DNA of 64,000 nt from assembly GCF_006345805.1 (NCBI RefSeq), contig NC_043010.1, positions 15,500,001 through 15,564,000 on the forward strand. The letters run 5' to 3'. Position 1 is the first letter of the stretch. Each line of letters opens with the position of its first letter. The DNA is from Octopus sinensis. Its lineage: Eukaryota. Of this stretch, positions 48,491 through 60,770 are shown one piece after another. Below the pieces are notes generated by a model that was given only the letters and a program-made list of their open reading frames with translations, ran no database searches and was not told the origin of the DNA. A program made the position numbers and the translations under genes.

Positions 48491-48852
48491 TAATATATTT
48501 GGGGTTTATCTCCTTGAGGATGTACATTAAATTTCAACAGGTTGGCTTTCATTACTATCATTAGCAGTAATTTATCACAGGGAACTTCCACAGGTGATGG
48601 TCGTTTGGTAAATTCTTGAACTAGAAAAAGTCATCATCATTATTGTTGCTGTTGTTTAAAATGCCTTCTTTCCCATGTTTGCATGTGTTGGACAGAGTTT
48701 ATTGAGACAGATTTTCTATGGCCAGATGCCTTTTTTGCTGTCAACTCTGTGTTTCCAAGAAAGGTATTCTTTCCTCTGTAGCTGAGACGTTTTCACAGAA
48801 TATTGGAAATGAATGACACTTATTTACCATAATCACACAATGTTAAAGAGTG

Positions 48853-49130
48853 GAGGCACATGGCCTAATGGTTAGAGCAGCGGACTCCCGATTGAGGGGT
48901 TGTGGGTTTGAATCTCAGGGTGGATGAGTGAAACACCTAAGCTCCACGCAGCTCTGGCAGATGGTAACGGCAGACTTCTGTTGACTCTTTCGCCACAACT
49001 TTTCTTACTCTTTCCTCCTGCATCTAGCAGCTCACTTGCGACAGACTTGTGGTCTGTCCAGGTGGGGAACCTGTAGGCCAAGGAAACCGGAAAAACCAGC
49101 CCTTATGAACCAGGAATGGCTCGAGAAGGA
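48853..49130 (+). mobile_element. SINE family D, decayed
   Basis: GGAGGCACATGGCCTAATGGTTAGAGCAGCGGACTC...CTTTCGCCACAACTTT. Confidence 0.75.
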
Positions 49131-49308
49131 ACAAACAAAACAAAACAAAACAATGTAAAGACAAGGAGACACAAACACACACAGTCACATCTGTCTACGA
49201 AATGCACACAACAAGGGTTTGTTAGCTCAGAGTAATAAGACCCTTGTTACTCCGAGGTTCAATGCAATGGGACTAAACCCAAAACCTTTGGAAACAAACT
49301 TCTAAATC

Positions 49309-49510
49309 TCCGTCCGTGTTGCAGATCCGTGGAATAAGCTACCGGACAAGATAGTGAAGATGCCGATGACCGCTCGGTTCAAAGTCTCCCTTGACCATAA
49401 ATGGACTGAACTCTTTACATGAACACCACCCTGTACATAACTCCATGTCCCCCCTACATGGCCTTGCTTTTTGCTTTTTGAGCCAAAAAATTAACTAACT
49501 AACTAACTAA
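49309..49510 (+). mobile_element. 3' end of CR1-group LINE, same family as 42077-42325
   Basis: VRVADPWNKLPDKIVKMPMTARFKVSLDHKW, same 3' UTR, (AACT)n tail. Confidence 0.9.
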
Positions 49511-49639
49511 CATGGCCATTCTTGCATCTGAAATCTTTTGAACATTTATTAGAATGAGATAGGATTGTTCCTTCACTTGCTATTTCTGTTAATTCTTCAC
49601 TAGCACAGCAGTGTTGGAGTCACTTGACTCACTAACAAG

Positions 49640-50078
49640 CAGGGCTGTGGAGTCGAAGAAAAAAAACGTCAACCCTGACTCTGATTTTGACTCCTCTTTA
49701 TGTAATCAAGTGATTGTTGTCTACATATCTCATGAAACATATGCATACATTATGAGTTGGAATCAGAGTCAGTATAGTTTTACCGACTCTGACTCTCCAG
49801 CTACTCCTCAATTGTTACTGACTCTGAGACTTCATGCCTCTGACTCCATCATCATCATTGTTGTTCGACCGTGGTCGAGACAATGGAATTTACCATGCTA
49901 CGCCAGACTTCACAGTCCATCATGGCATTACAGAGGTCCTGTTGCTGGATGCCTGTATCCCTGGAGATTACATCAGGGTAGGAGAGTGTGCGCCCTGTGG
50001 TATTGCGAGCAGATGGCTTCCAGAGGAGAAGAGTAGAAATTACCTCTTTTTACCTCTGACTCCAACTTCACAGCCCTG
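49640..50078. mobile_element. hAT-type MITE hosting an RTE fragment
   Basis: TIRs CAGGGCTGTGGAGT / ACTTCACAGCCCTG; 8-bp flanks CTAACAAG / TTAACAAG. Confidence 0.85.
49848..50052 (-). mobile_element. 5'-truncated RTE-type LINE 3' end with (GAT)n tail and 11-bp TSD
   Basis: Minus strand VISTLLLWKPSARNTTGRTLSYPDVISRDTGIQQQDLCNAMMDCEVWRSMVNSIVSTTVEQQ*. TSD CCTCTGACTCC at 49837-49847 and 50053-50063. Confidence 0.85.
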
Positions 50079-50673
50079 TTAACAAGGCCTGGAATTTATA
50101 ATCAATGACTAAATTTTCTGGCACTATTATGTTAGTACAATGTTCTAGAACAGTGCCACGTTGGTCTGGAGATATCATGACATTTATATCTATTTCCATG
50201 AAGAATTTGTTGAGTGCCATCAACAAAAAAATACTACCGACATCAGTAAGCCACCTAGTTTTGCTTGGTTTTCTTTTGAGAGGACACGGAGAAGATTTTT
50301 TTTTCTTTGACAAAAGAAAATGTTGGCTTCCAAGTTAATGTACACTTAGACTGAAAATGGTCAAATAGAGACAGGACGTAATTATTCATCATCATCATCA
50401 TCATCAGTTAGCGTCCGTTCTCCATGCTAGCATGGGTGGTGAAAATACATTGGTTATTCTGCTAAATGGCAACAAGGAATCCTTACGCAGACGACTCAGG
50501 AAATGTTGGGTCAACATTCATAGCAAACAATTTATGGAAATACTCAGCCAGAAGGCAGAAGGTGGGGCAAAAATACCGAATTCATGTTAACCAATCAATA
50601 TTCCTAAGATACAAGAGGACTGCAATAAAGTTTCCCACTTTGGCATGCTCCCTTGCTTAGAAAACGGTAGCAG

Positions 50674-51083
50674 GGATCTTTTCGGTTTGAACGACAGTTT
50701 TTTTTAAAGTAATTTCTACCAAACTAAACACTTTTAAACTTTGTATACTGGTAGAATGTGTTTATAAAACATCTTTTTCTCTTGGCTTTATTGAGAAAAT
50801 TCTATGGTTTGTAAGATATTTGTTGTTTTTTTTTTCTTCAATTTCTGCAATTTCAACCAATCAATGATGTCCATTGAGGTGAAAACATTATGTCCCGCGT
50901 TTAAAAAACAGATTGGGTTTATTTACATTCGTGAAGAAAAAAAGATACCCTTCCCCCCACCCCTAACCAACGCTAACCCTAAAACAGATTGAAATGCAAT
51001 AGATCGATACTAGGGTCATAATTATGGGTGACAATTTCATATGACACCGCTAGAAAAAACTGCCGTTCAAACCGAAAAGATCC
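50674..51083. mobile_element. GGATC-MITE
   Basis: Complete TIRs. Confidence 0.95.
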
Positions 51084-51699
51084 CACTAAAATAACATAAA
51101 GCGATTCAGCTGAAAAATAAAATTGAAGAAAAAAAAATTTGTACGGAAATTGCCGAACACTTTCATTGCTGTGTTGCCATATATATATATATATATATAT
51201 ATGCGCGAAGAGAGAGGGAGGGAGAGAATCCTAATGTAAATCTCTTTAATTTCAGTGTTTATAGAAGGGACGTAACTCAGATGAACACCTTTCGATTCTG
51301 CCGCCGTTGGCCTACTTGACTAAAAAAAAAAAACACCCTTTAAAAGGTGACCGCCGCCGCCTTGGAGCATCGCCTTGGTCAAGAGTTAAGCAGTGGCTAC
51401 AGAAAAGAAAAACAGAGAAAAAAAAATAAAGTGGAAGAGAAACGAGACTCCATCTCCCGCTCAGCTTCCCAAATTACGGTATGTATCGGAGAACTTGAGA
51501 TCTGCTATTATGAATTTTCTGTTGTCTAAGCATATGCCGTAGATACAACGCTAGTTTCGCTTCATTAGCTGCTAAATGCATTCATAAGAAAATTGGGAAA
51601 GGAGGGCGTGGCTTTGAAATTTTTTTTTTTTACATATTTTATATATTAAAAAAGCTATGTATCTTTGAAAACGAAAAAAAAAAAAATTATACCGTAATA

Positions 51700-52112
51700 G
51701 GCGCAGAGTGGCTGTGTAGTAAGTAGCTTGTTTACGAACCACATGGTTCCGGGTTCAGTTCCCACTGCGTGGCATCTTGGGTAAGTGTCTTCTACTATAA
51801 GCCTCGGGTCGACCAAAGCCTTGTGAGTGTTTTTGGTAGACGGAAACTGAAAGAAGCCCGTCGTACATATATATATATGTATGAGTGTCTGTGTGTGTGT
51901 GTATGTATGTTTGTATGTCTGTGTTTATCCCCCCCCCAACATCGCTTGACAACCGATGCCGGTGTGTTTACGTTCCCGTAACTTAGCGGCTCGGCAAAAG
52001 CGACCGATAGAATAAGTACCAGACTTACAAAGCAATAAGTCCTGGGGTCGATTTGCTCGACTAAAGGCGGTGCTCCAGCATGGCCACAGTGAAATGACTG
52101 AAACAAGTAAAA
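51700..52112 (+). mobile_element. Full-length SINE family A
   Basis: Complete; CpGs intact. Confidence 0.95.
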
Positions 52113-52500
52113 TAGTAAAAATAGTAAATAGATGTAAGCAAACTAAACTCAGTTGTCGACAGTTTTCTTTCTTAATAACGAAAGACAATTTTCAAAAGTG
52201 CCGTTAATTTGGGCCTTTCCGTTATTTTGAATGCCGCTATTTCGCAAGTTAAACGGCACATTGATGCAAATGCGAAGCTCATGACAGAAAGTTTTGTCGT
52301 TAGAATAGCTGAATCGATCCGATAGCGTAATCAATAACGCGCCGGACAGCCTGACGAGGGAAGTCGGCTGTTCCTATCTTGTTACCCGGCATAGCTTCAA
52401 CGGAAGACACCAAGTCTCAACGACTCGATAATTCGGAAGAATCTAAACGGTGCCACAACATGCTAAAAATAGCAGCTAAATCTTTCTCAAAACTATGCCC

Positions 52501-52919
52501 GGATCTTTTCGGTTTGAACGGCAGTTTTTAACATAATTTCTAGGTAACTGAAAGATTTAAAACCTCGTATACTGGTAGAATGTGTTTATAAAACATCTTT
52601 TTCTCTTGGCTTTATTGTGAAAATTCTATGGTTTGTAAGATATTTGTTGTTTTTTTTCTTTCAATTTCTGCAATTTCAACCTATCATTGACGTCTGTTGA
52701 GGTAAAAAAAACATTCTGTGCCGTATGAATATGTCCCTCGTTTAAGAAATAGATTGTGTTTATTTACATTTGTGAAGAAAAAAAGATACCCTTCCTCCCA
52801 CCACTAACCCTAACCCTAAAACAGATTGAAATGCAATAGATCGATACTAGGGTCATAATTATGGGTGACAATTTCATATGACACCGCTAGAAAAACTGCC
52901 GTTCAAACCGAAAAGATCC
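52501..52919. mobile_element. GGATC-MITE
   Basis: Complete TIRs. Confidence 0.95.
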
Positions 52920-53171
52920 CGGGCTAATCACGACTGGAATGCCTTGTGTATTTGACGACGAACGCTGTAAAACAAGCAACCCTCACTTTAAGAAACCATT
53001 CTACTAGCATGGTTCAATTCTAAATTGTGTATTTACCAGCATTTAGTGACCGCACATTGCTAACTGACGGAGTTTTGTCGAACAGTCTTATAAGACTATC
53101 CGACCTTTTTAATTTACCCCCCGAAGATTCTCCTGCTACTTAACTTAAGCGGGAAAGGCAATCGGTCGTCA

Positions 53172-53385
53172 GGTGGTGAGCTGGCAGAAACGTTAGCACG
53201 CCGGGCGAAATGCTTAGCGGTATTTCGTCTGTCTTTACGTTCTGAGTTCAAATTCCGCCGAGGTCGACTTTGCCTTTCATCCTTTCGGGGTCGATAAATT
53301 AAGTACCAGTTATGCACTGGGGTCGATGTAATTGACTTAATACCTATGTCTATCCTTGTTTATCCCCTCTATGTTTAGCCTCTTG
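53172..53385 (+). mobile_element. SINE family B
   Basis: Head GGTGGTGAGCTGGCAGAAACG through AGCCTCTTGTGG. Confidence 0.9.
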
Positions 53386-53459
53386 TGGTTGTCTGGTTTT
53401 TACGGGCTATGGCAAATGAGTGTGCAGTGAACACGAATGAGAAGAAACGAAATCCATAT

Positions 53460-53570
53460 ATATTCATCGCCCACGCCTCCATCGACCTTCTTCGAATTTT
53501 CAGAGAAAAGCAAGACGAGGCTGGAGGAGAGGGAGGTGCTGCTCTCCATTAATAAACAACTGGATGGTGG
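53460..53570 (+). mobile_element. Possible degenerate LINE AP-endonuclease fragment
   Basis: SIDLLRIFREKQDEAGGEGGAAL(L)INKQL loosely resembles the FR.DR...GGGVA.YI motif; weak. Confidence 0.25.
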
Positions 53571-53817
53571 AGGAGAGCAGCAAGCGTGGCCTGAGTGAAT
53601 GGGGCATACCCATACACTCAGCATTCGACTGTGGTCGGGAGCGGGGACAGGGGACAGAATTAGGTGGTTAAACAAACTTTGGATTTGAGGGCAGCGGTGT
53701 AGGGTAGGCTGCCAGCATCCGGATTAAGTATTGCGCCATCGAACCCGTTAACACTTCCAAATTTTGCACCCCAAGATGGATGAGGTTCCTGTGGCAGCGA
53801 CAGTCTTACTCTTAGAA

Positions 53818-54250
53818 CCATACCTATTTCTTTACTACCCACAAGAGGCTAAACATAGAGTGGACAAACAAGGACAAAGGGATTAAGTCGATTACATCGA
53901 CCTCACTGCGTCACTGGTACTTAATTTATCGACCCCGAAACGATGAAAGGCAAAGTCGACCTCGGCGGAATTTGAACTCAGAACGTAGAGACAGACGAAA
54001 TACCTATTTCTTTACTACCCACAAGGGGCTAAACAGAGTGGACAAACGGATTAAGTCGATTACATCGACCCCAGTGCGTAACTGGTACTTAATTTATCGA
54101 CCCCAGTGCGTAACTGGTACTTAATTTATCGACCCCAGTGCGTAACTGGTACTTAATTTATCGACTCCAGTGCGTAACTGGTACTTAATTTATCGACCCC
54201 GAAAGGATGAAAGGCAAAGTCGACCTCGGTGGAATTTGAACTCAGAACCA
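53818..54250 (-). mobile_element. SINE family B tandem dimer with internal 4 x 32-bp expansion
   Basis: Units start at ~53818 and ~53998; ATCGACCCCAGTGCGTAACTGGTACTTAATTT is repeated 4 times from 54064. Confidence 0.9.
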
Positions 54251-54816
54251 TACCACGTATCGTTTACTGTATCTGGTGGCTGAAAAGACGCAAGGGCATT
54301 ATAGACAAACCCCACCCATCTTCAGGATAAAATATCTTTGAGTATTAAAACTTATGGGATATCCAACTTCGCATATAGGAATACGGGATGAAACATTCCT
54401 TCTTTAAAAGCAAGTACGCTTATCCCATCAAATACAGAATATGTGTACACTGGTCAATTTTCTTTCATTTCAGTTCTATGTTAACTTTCATACAATTCTT
54501 TCAACTGTCTTTGTATAATGTCACCTCATCCATCGCCCATATGACAATAATAAAAAATGATGTGTCTATGTCGACACATCTAATTTTCCAACATCGTTTT
54601 GAATCGTTCTAAATACTTGAAAATAAAAGCGAAATATGAGAATCGTTTTGTACACTTTTTGGATTTTGTCGGTTCAACTTAACGTCTGCCTTAAATACAG
54701 AAATGTGAATTACAGCAAAAAAAATTAAAATAATAATAATAATAAAGTATTTTACATAAGGTAAACACAAATACAGCGAGTCGATGTTTTTCCTATAAAT
54801 ATTTTAGCAAGATTTC

Positions 54817-55223
54817 GGATCTTTTCGGTTTGAACGGCAGCTTTTTTAAAATAATTTCCACGTAACTAAACACTTTTAAACTTCGTATACTGGTAGAATG
54901 TGTTTATAAAACATCTTTTTCTCTTGGCTTTATTGAGAAAATTCTATAGTTTGTAACATATTTGTTGTTTTTTTTCTTCTTCAATTTCTGCAATTTCAAC
55001 CAATCAATGACGTCTATTGAGGTAAAAAAAATATTCTGTGCCGTATGAATACGTCCCTCGTTTTAAGAAACAGATTGGGTTTATTTACATTTGTGAAGAA
55101 AAAAAAAGATACCCTTCCCCCCACCCCAACCCTAAAACAGATTGAAATGCAATAGATCGATACTAGGGTTATAATTATGGGTGACAATTTCATATGACAC
55201 TGCCGTTCAAACTGAAAAGATCC
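54817..55223. mobile_element. GGATC-MITE with 8-bp TSD AAGATTTC
   Basis: TSD at 54809-54816 and 55224-55231. Confidence 0.95.
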
Positions 55224-55491
55224 AAGATTTCTACACACACACAATCTATAAAAGATATTACACGTGTGCGCAAGGGACATCTCTTTTATATACGCTATTT
55301 ATATAGTCGGTGTGTATATGTGTATGTGTATAATAGGAATACACGGGAGTAATATATAAAAGATACACATTTGTTCGCAAGGGACATCTCTTATATACGT
55401 ACAGTATATTTAAAGTCTATATAGATACTATATATGTATATACACATATACAAGCAATGTATGTCTATCTCTGTGTGTGTGTGTATATGTG

Positions 55492-55524
<33 letters not shown>

Positions 55525-56187
55525 AACAAAAAGCATTAGTAGTAGTAGTAGTGGTACTGGTTGTGGTGAACTTGCACTGAGCTGACACTTCAACAACGAA
55601 ATGAATGGACGAAGAGATAGAAGTGGAAGACAGAAAAGGAGAGAGAGCGAGCGAGAGAGAGAGAGATAGGCTTTGCGATACCCAAACTTGTTCGTTGTCT
55701 TTTTGAAAGAAGAAAAAAAATGATTGTAGTTTGTTATATATAGTGTGGTGGTGGTCAGTGTTAAAGAGTGTGGGGACGGGTGGCTAATTCAGTGTGTATC
55801 CATCCATCCATCAATATATGACGGGCGCTTACAGTTAAAGTGACGGTACATGGAAAGGTTTGTATGAATGGACAGAGCGCTAGATAAACAAACACGATAC
55901 AGAGGAGTGGGGGAATCTTTCCAAGCAAATCTATCGCGGTCAAAGCAGACCCGGACGTCTTTAAAAACTGAAACGCAGGATGAGGATCTGAGAGGAAACA
56001 AAACGAAAACAAAACTATGGTCACGGCTGGAGTTGTCGATCAAGGCTAAGCTGGTGCCAGCCAGAATGCGTTATGCCCATTATAGCATGTTCTTACAATG
56101 ATTGTATAAGGAATAATATTATATACTTGGAAACAATGCAGGCGCGCGTGAGAGAGAGAGAGAGAGAGAGAGGAAGAACTATATGAA

Positions 56188-56197
56188 ATGATGGAAT

Positions 56198-56259
<62 letters not shown>

Positions 56260-56348
56260 TAGATAGATAGATAGATAGATAGATGATATATAGACAGATA
56301 GATATATAGACAGACATATAGATAGATAGATAGATAGATAGACAGATG

Positions 56349-56394
<46 letters not shown>

Positions 56395-56532
56395 CAGATG
56401 GATAGATAGATGGATAGATAGATAAACGGATAGATGGATAGATAGATAAACGGATAGATAGACAGATGGATAGATAGATAGATAGATAGATAGATGATAT
56501 ATAGACAGATAGATATATAGACAGACATATAG

Positions 56533-56581
<49 letters not shown>

Positions 56582-56585
56582 GGGA
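56188..56585. repeat. (GATA)n/(GACA)n compound microsatellite; further GATA tracts at 57055-57240
   Basis: Directly visible. Confidence 0.95.
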
Positions 56586-57060
56586 TATATTTGGGATTGC
56601 TGGATGAAAATTAGAACAGAATGCCTGCGATCGGAAGATAGATATACGATATGAGAAAGAGATTATAAAATGAGGAGAGAGAGAGAGGTAACTGGCTAGA
56701 AAAAGGACGGGGACATTTGGGGGGAAATAGAATTAAGCAGAATGAGAGACAGACGTCTTCATAGAATGAGAGACCTTCAGACAAAACTAGAGCTGTAACA
56801 AATGGACACGGAAGAATATTTAGGTAGGAAAATTGAGAGACAATATCAGAGATATGGAGAGACGAGGGAGAGAATTTACATTATAGGCGAGAGACGGAAA
56901 AATATTACAGGGAAAGAAAATTTGAGATATCAATTAGGGAGAGACAAATCAATATATAAGAGAATTTATATTGGAAATAGAAAGATACTGAAAGAAGAGA
57001 GAGGGAGAGAGAGAGAGATAGACAGACCGAAATAGGGAAATGAATTATATATATGGATAG

Positions 57061-57105
<45 letters not shown>

Positions 57106-57467
57106 TGTTTCTTTATTAGCCACACAGGGCTGCACACAGATAGAACAAATTACAAGGTAGAGCTTTTCTTTTGAAGAGATGGATAGATAAGTAGATAGAT
57201 AGATAGATAGACAGATAGATAGATATATACATACATACACACGAGATAAAAATAGAGAAAAGAAGGGCAGAGACCGACATAGGGAGATAGTAAAAGAAGG
57301 AGAGAAGGAAAAATAGAATGGACGGAGAGACAAAGAGAGAAAGACCAAAATAGTGATTTATAGAGAGAGAAAGACAGGTAGGAAAATATAAAGCCAGAAA
57401 AAGGAAGAGAAAGAGAAGCAGATAGAAAAAAGAGACTGTGAGAGAGAGAGAGAGGGAGAGACTGTGT

Positions 57468-57503
<36 letters not shown>

Positions 57504-58204
57504 AGAGAAAGCGTATATGTCAATGTGTGCGTGCGTTGAGAAGATGACGGTGAGAAGGTGTGCGTAAGTATATATAAGTGTGTGTGAGTGTGTATGTGTG
57601 TGTGTGAGTGTGTTAAGCTGGCAGACGGAAGAAGTGGAAGGCAGACAACAACACTTGGCGTCGCCTTGTCGCCGCTATGTCTGACACACGCCGCCAGCCA
57701 CCACCACCACCAACCGCTGCTGCCTTCTCTTCCTCCTCCTCCTCCTCGTTCCTTTTTTCACCACCGCCGCCACCACCACCAACCATAAACCCTCTTCGTT
57801 CTCCTCCCCCCCAGACCGACACACCAACTAACGCCACGAAGGGTGGATGGCTCGACCTGGAGGAGTTTACTCTGTGTGTGTGTGTATAGAACACAAACAT
57901 GTCTATATGGGTTTTATAGTATGTGTGTGTGAGTATGACCGATTACGTGCGCACGATGGGTATATATATATATATAGATAGATATATGATGTATGTATAT
58001 GTTTGTGTTGATATATATATATATATATGAACATATACATACACTCTATCCCATACGTAAGGCAGTATGTTAAAATACAGCCTTATTTATAGAACATTGT
58101 ATGTATGAATATATATATATATGCATGTATATTATACATACAGATATGAAATATACACGTAACCACATACAGTGTTCCATAATTAAGATAACATTTGCAC
58201 ATTC

Positions 58205-58645
58205 TATATTATATATATATACACATATATATACATACATACACACACACATATATACATATATATATACACACACACACACATATATATATACACATAT
58301 ATATATACACACCACACACATATATATATACACATATATATATACATACATACACACACATATATATACACATATATATACATACATACACACATATATA
58401 TATACACATATATATATATACATACATACACACACATATATACATATATATATACACACACACATATATATACACATATATATACATACATACACACACA
58501 CATATATATATACATATATATATATACACACACACACATATATATATACACACACACACATATATATACACACACACATATATATATATACACACACACA
58601 TATATATACACACACACACACACATATATATATACACACACACAC

Positions 58646-58676
<31 letters not shown>

Positions 58677-58690
58677 TACACACACAATAA
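58205..58690. repeat. (CA)n(TA)n compound microsatellite
   Basis: Directly visible. Confidence 0.95.
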
Positions 58691-59135
58691 TCATGTTTAG
58701 GTGAGTAACTTGGACGTATTGTAGGTGAGATAACGAGTGTACATATTAGAATTGTGTAGAATGGACTTTTCGTGAACAGTTTTTTTTATATATATAAAAC
58801 TGCCTATATGAGGCCACAGCGTGTGTGTGTATATAATTGACTAAGTACGCATAATGGAGAGCGGCTATACTTGATATAATAATACACACAGATACTACAT
58901 GTATGTGTGTGTCTGTGTCAACGTACGTACGTACATGTAGGTATATGCACATATATATATTATGTATATATATATATTATGTATATATATATATTTGTAA
59001 AGAGAGAGAGAAAGAGATAACAGTACTTGACTTAAGTGCGTACAGCTGATTGTGTACACACATGCAGCTGGTAATATGTATAGAAGCTAGCAGGAATATA
59101 TAGATTTGTGGTTCGTATGTATGCATAGAACTGTA

Positions 59136-59200
<65 letters not shown>

Positions 59201-59875
59201 GCAGACAGACGAGAGCAGGTTGTTGTTTAACCCCGTGTCAGTCCTGATCGAACATCCATCCACTTAACAATCGCAGCCAACGACCATCCCGCCTCGCATT
59301 TTTCCTTGCAGGAACGGAGTGAACTGGAATTATATTATCCAGTGTCTCTCTCTTTTTCTTTTCTTTTTTTTTTAAATAAAGACTTCAGATGTGGATGGAG
59401 GGAGATTTGGCTGCTATATCTAGCAGTTACAGGCTCTCGCGTTGGCTAGATTAGTGTGTGTGTGTGTGTGTGTGTGTGTAATAGAGCCTAGCTAGGTTGG
59501 GCCTGGATGTATATACAAAATCGTCAGCTTCTGTTTTGTAGAACGTATATACAGCTAAAAAGTGTATATTTATAGAAGTGACAGTGAGTGTGGAATATAC
59601 AGAATGCGCAGTGGGTATATACATACATAATATATATATATATCTACATACAAAATTTAGAGGAATGACCACTAATAGTGGACAGCCTGTATGCTAGATA
59701 TAGACGTCAAATTCGCCATCTACCACGAAGAATGTGTTCTCAAGAACATATATGTATGTATATATATACACATATATTCTTTGTTTATTCCACTGTGTGT
59801 ATACACATGCAACAAACAAGCTCTTTCGCTCTCTCTCTCTCATATATATATATATATACACACACACATGTATAA

Positions 59876-59926
<51 letters not shown>

Positions 59927-60014
59927 AAGAGAGCTTGTTTGTTGCATGTGTATACACACAGCGGAATAAACAAAGAATAGAATGCATCCGATTATATATA
60001 TACTAATAGAGTGT

Positions 60015-60345
60015 TTTAGTATATATTATAGCCATGGTGTACTGTATCACAGGATAATGAACTGGGCCATATTAATACAGTAACGGTGAGGCTGTACTGT
60101 AACCATACTAATACTGTGTTGTACTTACTTGTATAATAATGGTGTATTTTACTGTACCATATAATAATGGTTATCGGTATTGTTAAACAGTGATGATATA
60201 TATACTGTAAAAGGAAGTTCACTGTATTCCAGTCCATGATAATAATTGTGAACTGTACTATATATCGATCTGGGTGATTTGTATGTGTGATTGTAGTATA
60301 GTAATGGTGTACCGTACTATATATATATATATTATATATATTATA

Positions 60346-60387
<42 letters not shown>

Positions 60388-60770
60388 ATATATATATACA
60401 TATATATTACATATATATATATACATATATATGTGTATATATGTGTATTGTATTATAGTAAATGGGGTGTACCATATTATAAGTGTGTATTGTATTGTAT
60501 TATAAGTAATGGTGTATCGTATTAAATGTTTATATAATATATATTCCTTGATTTTGTATTGTTTTGTTTCTCATTGTGTTCGACTTTTTTTTGTGTCCTG
60601 TACCCATATATGCATGTATATATACATATAGATGTAGGTACGTACATATATGTATGTGTGTGTGTGTATATTGTATTATAGTAATAATGTACCGTATTAT
60701 ATATATATATATATATATATATATCTATATATATATATATATATATATATAGTAACGGTTTAACAACATT
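60015..60770. repeat. Decayed ~30-bp minisatellite (TTGTATTATAGTAATGGTGTACCGTA-like) interrupted by (TA)n and a family W fragment
   Basis: Variants at about 60023, 60129, 60292, 60447, 60495 and 60671. Confidence 0.65.

Noticed and set aside
49834-50082. Protein-looking plus-strand ORF (DRGRDNGIYHATPDF...)
   Set aside because: It is the antisense frame of an RTE LINE 3' end that has a tail and TSD on the minus strand.
51290-51620. CpG-rich promoter at the edge of the CpG-poor block
   Set aside because: The CCGCCGCCGCC...GGAGCATCGCCTT stretch is a decayed family A SINE tail. The remaining GC box and donor-like GTATGT are too weak alone.
52344-52374. CTGACGA inside a hairpin GGACAGCC...GGCTGTTCC
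   Set aside because: No GAAA half of the core; it is a simple hairpin.
54064-54200. CRISPR-like 32-bp repeats with a small hairpin
   Set aside because: No spacers, the unit is part of SINE family B, and the context is eukaryotic with no cas genes.
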